NCBI GenBank assembly: GCA_010909165.1
Contig: MU008161.1
Coordinates: forward strand, 124,001-188,000
Source: Anthoceros angustus
Taxonomy: Eukaryota > Plantae > Anthocerotophyta
Length of the DNA: 64,000 nt
Direction: 5' to 3'
Shown: positions 57,831-64,000 of the stretch, one piece after another
Layout of the letters: every line of letters starts with the position of its first letter
Numbering within the stretch: the first letter of the stretch is position 1
Notes under the pieces: generated by a model
Seen by the model: the letters and a program-made list of their open reading frames with translations, nothing else
What the model was told of the DNA's origin: nothing
Databases searched by the model: none
Position numbers and translations under genes: made by a program

Positions 57831-60800
57831 TGTCAAGACAACCAAAACATAGCCAATCAACCAAACACGAGACTCACCAAACATCTAGCGATTCTGAGAC
57901 CAGGCTACTATCCTAACACACTCGGACACATGGCTATCTTACGCGACCTGTTGCTACCTTAGCAGGCGGACCGGTTGCTATCTTAGCAACCACCCTCTAT
58001 TTTAGCAGTGGGGTCCACCTTGGGATCAGTCTGGCTATTAATAGAAGGTGGGACCCACTTGGGGATCCAAGTGGATAAGGTTGGACACCTCTCTCTTATC
58101 TATCCACAAAGTTAGATCCACCAATCGAGTTAGCCACGTGTCACCTTTTCCACACACTATTTATGGACAACCTAAGCAGCCGGCCCTAACCCTAATCTCT
58201 AAACCTAAACCTAGGACAACTCACGATAAAGGGTTGCACTCACACAAACTACCCCTTTCTCTTGCGGCACTTCTTGAGACTTCCTTGTCTCTCCTCGGCC
58301 TTTCAGCTCACCTTCCAAGCTCCATAGACCTCTCAGGCTCTCACAGCCCCTTGAGGTGCCTCAGCCTCCCCACACTCTCCAAGTCTCCCGAACTCTCTTC
58401 AACTCTCCTTGTTCTCACACCTCACGCCCCATTCAATCTCCACTTTTCCACGACTCCAGCCTCTCCAGTCCTTACAAGGTTCTCATCCAGGCCCTTACAG
58501 CACTTCACCAACTCTCAAAATACTTGTTCACCTCTCCGCAATCATTCCGCCTCATCCACTCACGGATCTTCAACCTCCACTCACGGCTCTCTTCTTCAGA
58601 ACACAAACATCACTTACAGACTTCTCCAGTCCTTCTTACTCCTCTCAAACAGCCAATCAGCAACTCTCCATGTCCGATTCTCCACTTCTCTCACAGTTCA
58701 CTTTTCCTCTCATTTTCCAAACACACAAGCCCACGGGCCTCCAACTCACTTGACTTCCTTGACTTCTCCTCCACACACAGGCTCCCGCCTTGTCTTCTCC
58801 TCACACGGGCTCCCGCCCTCTCTTCTCCCAAACACCCGACCTCCAACACACGAAACTCAAAACACAAGGTGAGTACTAGACTAGTGAAGGGAATGAGGAA
58901 GAGTGGACAGCCTCCCGGCTTCACAACCCCTTCCTCTTGACCTTGGAAACTCCCTCCAAGGAGACCTCAAGGCTCCCTCCCTTGCTTTCCACCACCCTTG
59001 CGGATCGCCACATGGATCTAGGCAACTTGGTGGTCTTCTTGGCTTCTCTGACAAAGAAACAGTGTCTAGACTTACGACTGGATGCACCCCCAAACCCCGT
59101 GCTCACCCAAACACCAAGACCTTAAACCAACATTGCTTACATTTCATCAAGAGGTGCCTCTTATACCCAAGATCGCCCACAAAAGTAGCTTTGCTTGCCA
59201 AAAATACCAATCAGTCTTAGCCTACGTCCTAGAGGCCTATCTCTTAATTCCCCACTAAGAGAAGATAAGATTCTGATCTATACATGGGTCCTTTCTAGTG
59301 GTCACTTACCCTATTATCTCTCCTAGGCCTCCTAGGCCTCCCCATGCTTTCCTCTTGCTCTCCTCCCTCTTGGCTGGTTGGGCAAACTCTCCCACAAAAT
59401 CTCCACCTCCTCGAGTGGACTCCTCCCTCTCTTGTGCTCGCAGATAGTACTCCTCCTCGGTGAGCTCTTGAACCTTGGATGGGTCAGCTGAAAGTCTCCT
59501 CCATAAGAATCCAACCCATAGGTAGGATCCAGTGCCCGTCAAGGCATGGATCAAGTACCTCCATGTTCCCCCCGTTACTTCCCGTTCGGGTATTTCCTGT
59601 GATTTCGCCCAAATAGGTTTTCCGAATTTATCGGAAAATAACTCCGACTTGGTTGCTACCATAGCAACAGGCTCCCGAGTCGGTTGCTGTCATAGCAACA
59701 GGTCCTGTTAGCAACGGCCCTAGCAACCGCGTTAGCAACCGGTCGAGCAGCCAACCCTCCGAGGTTCTGTCCAGGATCAGGACTAGACTCTCTTCCTCCT
59801 ACTAGGCTCTAGTAGACTTTTCTTATTTCCTAACCTACTTCACATTCCAACTCCACACGATTCTCACAACTTAAACACAAAACAAAAAAACACTCCTTTC
59901 AGGGGTCGAGTACCCATGTGGTCACCACATACTCCCTTCTCATTTGTTGGCGTCCCGCCAACTTATTAATACTTCTTCAGCGCCAACCATTGACCTGTTG
60001 GCTAGGGTCCATCAAGTTCGCTTGTATGGATCCATTGTCGAACACTTGCAGCAGGGACCCATCCATCTAAGATGCGCTTCGGGAAGTGCATGTACTTGTC
60101 ATGAACGCCAAGTCCCGAACAACGTACTCTTGTTTTTGCAACTTCGGTCATGCCATTCCTTCCTCTTCTCTTGGGCGTTCATCAGAGGGCTTGTTCCCCT
60201 TCTCCATGTCTGAACAAAGCCTATGAGCCTCTCCAAGCGGCTCTCCTCCACCGTCATCCTCTATGCTCTGGACTCTCAGCGTTGGCACTTCAAACTCAAT
60301 GGGCATGATGGTGAGTGCCCATAGGTGAGGTAGTAGGGGTATTGTGTGGTCACCTTCTCCGCTATCACGCCCACAACGCCGAGTGAAGCTTCCGGTCCCA
60401 ATCGTAGGTGTAGGTGATGATCAACTTGTTGAGGATCCCAAAGCAACCCATTAGCTTTCTCCGTGAGTCCATTCGCCTTGGGGTTGTAGGGGTGGTCTTC
60501 ATGGCTGTTGAAGTACTCCACCATGTGTGAGATCACCTCGTTGATGAAATGGGTACTCACTAACCCGGTTCAGGCACCGTACCTTGTGATGATGTGCTCA
60601 AGCAGAACAGCCACCACATTTGTGTCCACGGGCAAGGCTTGAGCTTCCAACATGCGGGTACAGAGTCCGTTACCGAATATATTGATTGGCTCCCCTTGGT
60701 CTTGGTGAATCGAAGTCAATCCCCACTTCTCAAAGGCGCCAAGGCTAGGATAGGGACCAATGGCCCTTTGTGTGGTCCTGGTTGGCTTCCCAACCCTTTG

Positions 60801-63800
60801 ACATGCACAACGCTTGATGAACTCCCTAGCATCGTGCAAGGTTGGCCACCAATACCACCTCCAAGATCTTCTTACAGTCACGTTGGCGGCATAGTGACCT
60901 CCGGCCTCCTCCTCATGCAAGGCGCGAGAACCCGGTCCTTGACCATCCTTGACCCACAACCTCTCAACTCCATCGGCCCTACCTGCATCCTTGTCTTAAC
61001 AACAGTCGGAGAAGTATAGGAACAACCTCATTCTTGTTGTGAGTCATTGGTATCGACTGTTGCTAAAAATGAAAGACCTCCTCATAGGCACCGCAAAACT
61101 TCTCCCTCCTTCTCATTTGGTGATGTACCTCCGTTTCCAGTCAACTTGGCATTGGGCCTAGCACTCTCCTCATCCTCCTCCAAAAGCTTCATCCGGAAAA
61201 TGATCTTCTTGATCACACTCCACCTTCTCCGTTGAATACACCATCCCAAGGGCTTCCCTTTGCTGTTCTTGTCCTCGATCCCTTCCTTAGCAACCGTAAT
61301 CCGCGCCTTAGCAACCGCTTTTCAGCCATGTTGCCTTAGCAACGGCGGTTGCTCCCTTAGCAACCGGTTGCTGCCGCCTCCACAGTCCCTCCATGAAACC
61401 AAAGCGGTCCACTAGATTGAGGGAGTAAGGATGTCCCTCCTATACTCCTCCTCCTCATCCGACCATGCGATATGTGCAAAAGGAAACTTGTCCAATTTCT
61501 CTCCTTCTTCCTCCAGTCGGATGTTTCTCCGGTGATGTGTATCCTTCCGTTCTTTGTAGGAGTCTCCCACAGAGGTATCCCCGCTCCAACTCAAACACAT
61601 TCGGCCTCCTTTGTCTTGGGGTCCCAATCCATTGGCTTAAAAGCCACTTCTTCCTCCCCAAGTCATCTTGCATCTTGAGCCATACCAGTCCTTCCCAATA
61701 GGATGTCACCGGCGCCTTGTGGATAACCACATAGTCCATGAGATAGGGAATGGTCCCTATGATGGTGGTTACTCCTCGCCTCCCACAGTGCATTTTTGAC
61801 ATGTCACCAATCTCGACCTGGTGGTATGCTCAATGTCCAACCCAAGCTTCCTCGCTATCCTTCCGTCATGATGTTCACCCCGGATCCGATCCAAGGGAAC
61901 CCGCTTGATGACCGCCGATCTCCACTTGCACCGGCCTTGGTCTATCATGGACACTAGGTTGTTGTAGAGTCAGCACCCTTGGTCCCGGCTTGGGCAATCG
62001 CCTCTTCCTCTTGGGTTGCGCTTCTTGCAAGGCCCTCGAACTTGTTGCCCGATTGGTTGTCCTTCAATAGTTGACCAAACGTGATGGCAAATTGCTGATC
62101 CATGATGGCTTGCAAGGTTAAATGGTCCTCGATCGGTCCCTCCTTCTTCCCAACGATCGCGGTTGCTCCCTTAGCAACAACGCGTTGCTTGCTTAGCAAC
62201 GGCGGTTGCTAAGCGAGAGGACTTTCTCCGTGATCTGTGATCAGTTTGTCTTGGTCAATTCCTCCTCTATCATCTCCATGACTTCCGGCGTCCGGTGGAA
62301 ACTCGGGTTTCCTCTCCCTTTTCTTTGGAACTTCTTTTCTCCAAAGATGGCCCCTGTGCGATTCACTCCTTGATTCTTCCTTCTCGGGGTTCTCCTTCTC
62401 AAGTGTCTCCTCCAGATCCGCTCCGGGCTTGGAGTGCTCTCTTGACTTTGTGGTGATTCCACCTCCGTCTCTTTCTTCTTCCGACTTCCTCCTAGCTTTT
62501 CACTCCTAGTGCGCCTGACCATGGCTGCAGCCTCCGTAGTAGTCTCCTGCACCCCCGGTCCATCTAGCTCCCAACACCATGGCTTCCGCATCCTCCCCAA
62601 GCCATAAGGGCATCCTCCACGTGCATGGCGTGCTCCTTGAGGTGCCTGAACCCCCGCCACAGGTGGTTGAGCAATTGAGCGACTTCCTTGGGTTTGGGCA
62701 AGTGACACTCCCGCCACATGACCATGTTGTTTGCCTTGGCAGCCGTCGTAGTCACCATTGGCTGTCTTGGCGATGAGCTATTGCATAATGACCAAAGCCT
62801 CTAGGTAATCGAACCACACCGTTGCTTGGTTAGCAACCACAGGCACTTGGTTGTTACGAATGCCCCATGGAATTTCGCAGCATCGATGGATGGGCGGTCT
62901 TGGGATCTTGTTGTCCTGGAAACCTCCGGATCCGTTCCCTCCGGGCTTGGAGTGCTCTCTTGAGACTTGGTGATTCCACCTCGTCTCTTTCTTCTTCCAT
63001 GACTTCCTCCTAGCTTTTCACTCCTAGTGCGCCTGACCATGGCTGCACTCTCGTAATAGTCTCCCTGCACCCCCGGTCCATCTAGCTCCCGCAACACCAT
63101 GGCTTCCGCATCCTCCCAATAAGGGCATCCTCCACGTGCATGGCCAGCTCCTTGTCTTGCTTGAACTCACATCACATGGTTGAGCAATTGAAACGATCTT
63201 CCGGTTTGGGCAAGTGACACTCCCATGACCATGTTGTTGTTTGCGGTCTTGGCACGGTAGTTCGTAGTCACCATTGGCTCTTGTCGTGGGCGATGGGCTA
63301 TTGCATAATGACCAAAGCCTCTGATTGTAGCCCACACCGTTGCTTGGTTGCAACCACAGGCACTTAGTTTATTCAATGACCCCATGGAATTTAGCAGATG
63401 GATGGGCGGTCTTGAAATCTTGTCCCCAGGAAACCTCCACGGATCGGTAGGTATCCTCCGCCATCCTCTTCCTCCTCCTCGTGGCGAGCATGTGCACCTT
63501 GGCCACATGACAGTTGGACTTGTGTGGCTGGCTGGCCACAAGTGGAACAAAAGCAGGTTAGCCCGAGCCTTTGGATGCGCTCTCCTCTTCTCATGCTCCT
63601 TCACGCGTGAGGTGAAACTTCTCGAATTTGCTCATCATTTCCTCCATCTTCATTTCTTCTTTGTTGCACCTTCTTGACTTCAGCCTCCTTCTTGACTTGT
63701 TCCACTTCCTTCTTGGCACTAGCAACCTCTTGTTTAGCCCTGGCCAGCTCCCTTGATCCTCGAGCCTCTGGTTTCTTCTTAGCGATGTCAACCTTCTTCT

Positions 63801-64000
63801 TCTTCTTGCGTCTCTTGGCTGACTCGTCTTCCGAGGATTCTTCCTCCATGGTGCCATCCTCCGAGGAAGAGTCCTCCGAGTCTGAGTCTTGAGAGGAGTC
63901 ACTCTCCTCCGAAGATTCTTCCTCCGACGACGAAGATCCCTTGTTCTTCTTCCCTCGCTTGGACTTCTTCTTCTTGCTCTTTTCCTTCTTGTGCTTCTTC
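57831..64000 (-). mobile_element. Ty3/gypsy element (Athila/Tat-like), extends beyond the window; RT/RNase H absent
   Basis: 3' LTR ~57831-59929 (TGTGGTGAC...CTTGACA); PPT TGAGAAGGGAGTA 59942-59930; integrase (GGHYAANVT..YWWPTL..FEKWG..IITRYG..NPKANGLTE; ~59950-61000); protease-like IARKLGL..DYVVI (61640-61900); CCHC knuckle CSTCGQP-x-HTSP-x-C (~63500-63545); K/E/S-rich gag region to 64000. Confidence 0.88.
62425..63450. repeat. ~518-bp tandem duplication within the gypsy internal region
   Basis: GGGCTTGGAGTGCTCTC...CTAGCTTTTCACTCCTAGTGCGCCTGACCATGGCTGCA... starts at 62425 and 62943. Confidence 0.88.

Noticed and set aside
58048-58940. 274-aa and 194-aa S/T/L/P-rich ORFs
   Set aside because: They lie within the pyrimidine-rich gypsy LTR; low-complexity composition explains the open frames.
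1-64000. Treating every frameshift as biological decay or programmed frameshifting
   Set aside because: The TE and pseudogene regions show dense small indels, including between paired LTRs, consistent in part with sequencing or consensus error; functional status needs accurate reads.

Overview
Eukaryotic nuclear DNA from a land plant. Compact introns, PLS-type PPR fragments and non-seed-plant-type Ty3/gypsy RT motifs suggest a seed-free lineage such as a lycophyte or bryophyte (inference). The sequence is indel-rich: even paired LTRs differ by many small indels, so frameshifts may be sequencing errors. Layout: (i) 0.2-16.6 kb, a subtilase pseudogene broken by stacked insertions (chromovirus-like Ty3/gypsy, CACTA remnant, two copies of one Ty1/copia family, a TIR element); (ii) 16.7-26.4 kb, four apparently intact host genes (RAB3GAP1, NAA38, plastid MCAT/FabD, proteasome alpha subunit PAC1); (iii) 26.7-32.6 kb, gene fragments (PPR, MCAT 5' end, GLYR) and a CACTA end; (iv) 32.6-42.05 kb, a head-to-tail array of a non-autonomous LTR element (5 LTRs of ~1.55 kb sharing 4 internal segments of ~0.39 kb with PBS and PPT); (v) 42-50.7 kb, copia and gypsy fragments including an integrase tail with a PHD finger; (vi) ~51.4-57.8 kb, the most interesting region: a probable DNA transposon with a Sola/CMC-like transposase N-terminus transcribed divergently from a frameshifted gene with chromodomain-like, ParB-like and prokaryote-type beta-class DNA amino-methyltransferase (N4C/N6A) motifs; (vii) 57.8-64 kb, a minus-strand Ty3/gypsy element lacking RT/RNase H.
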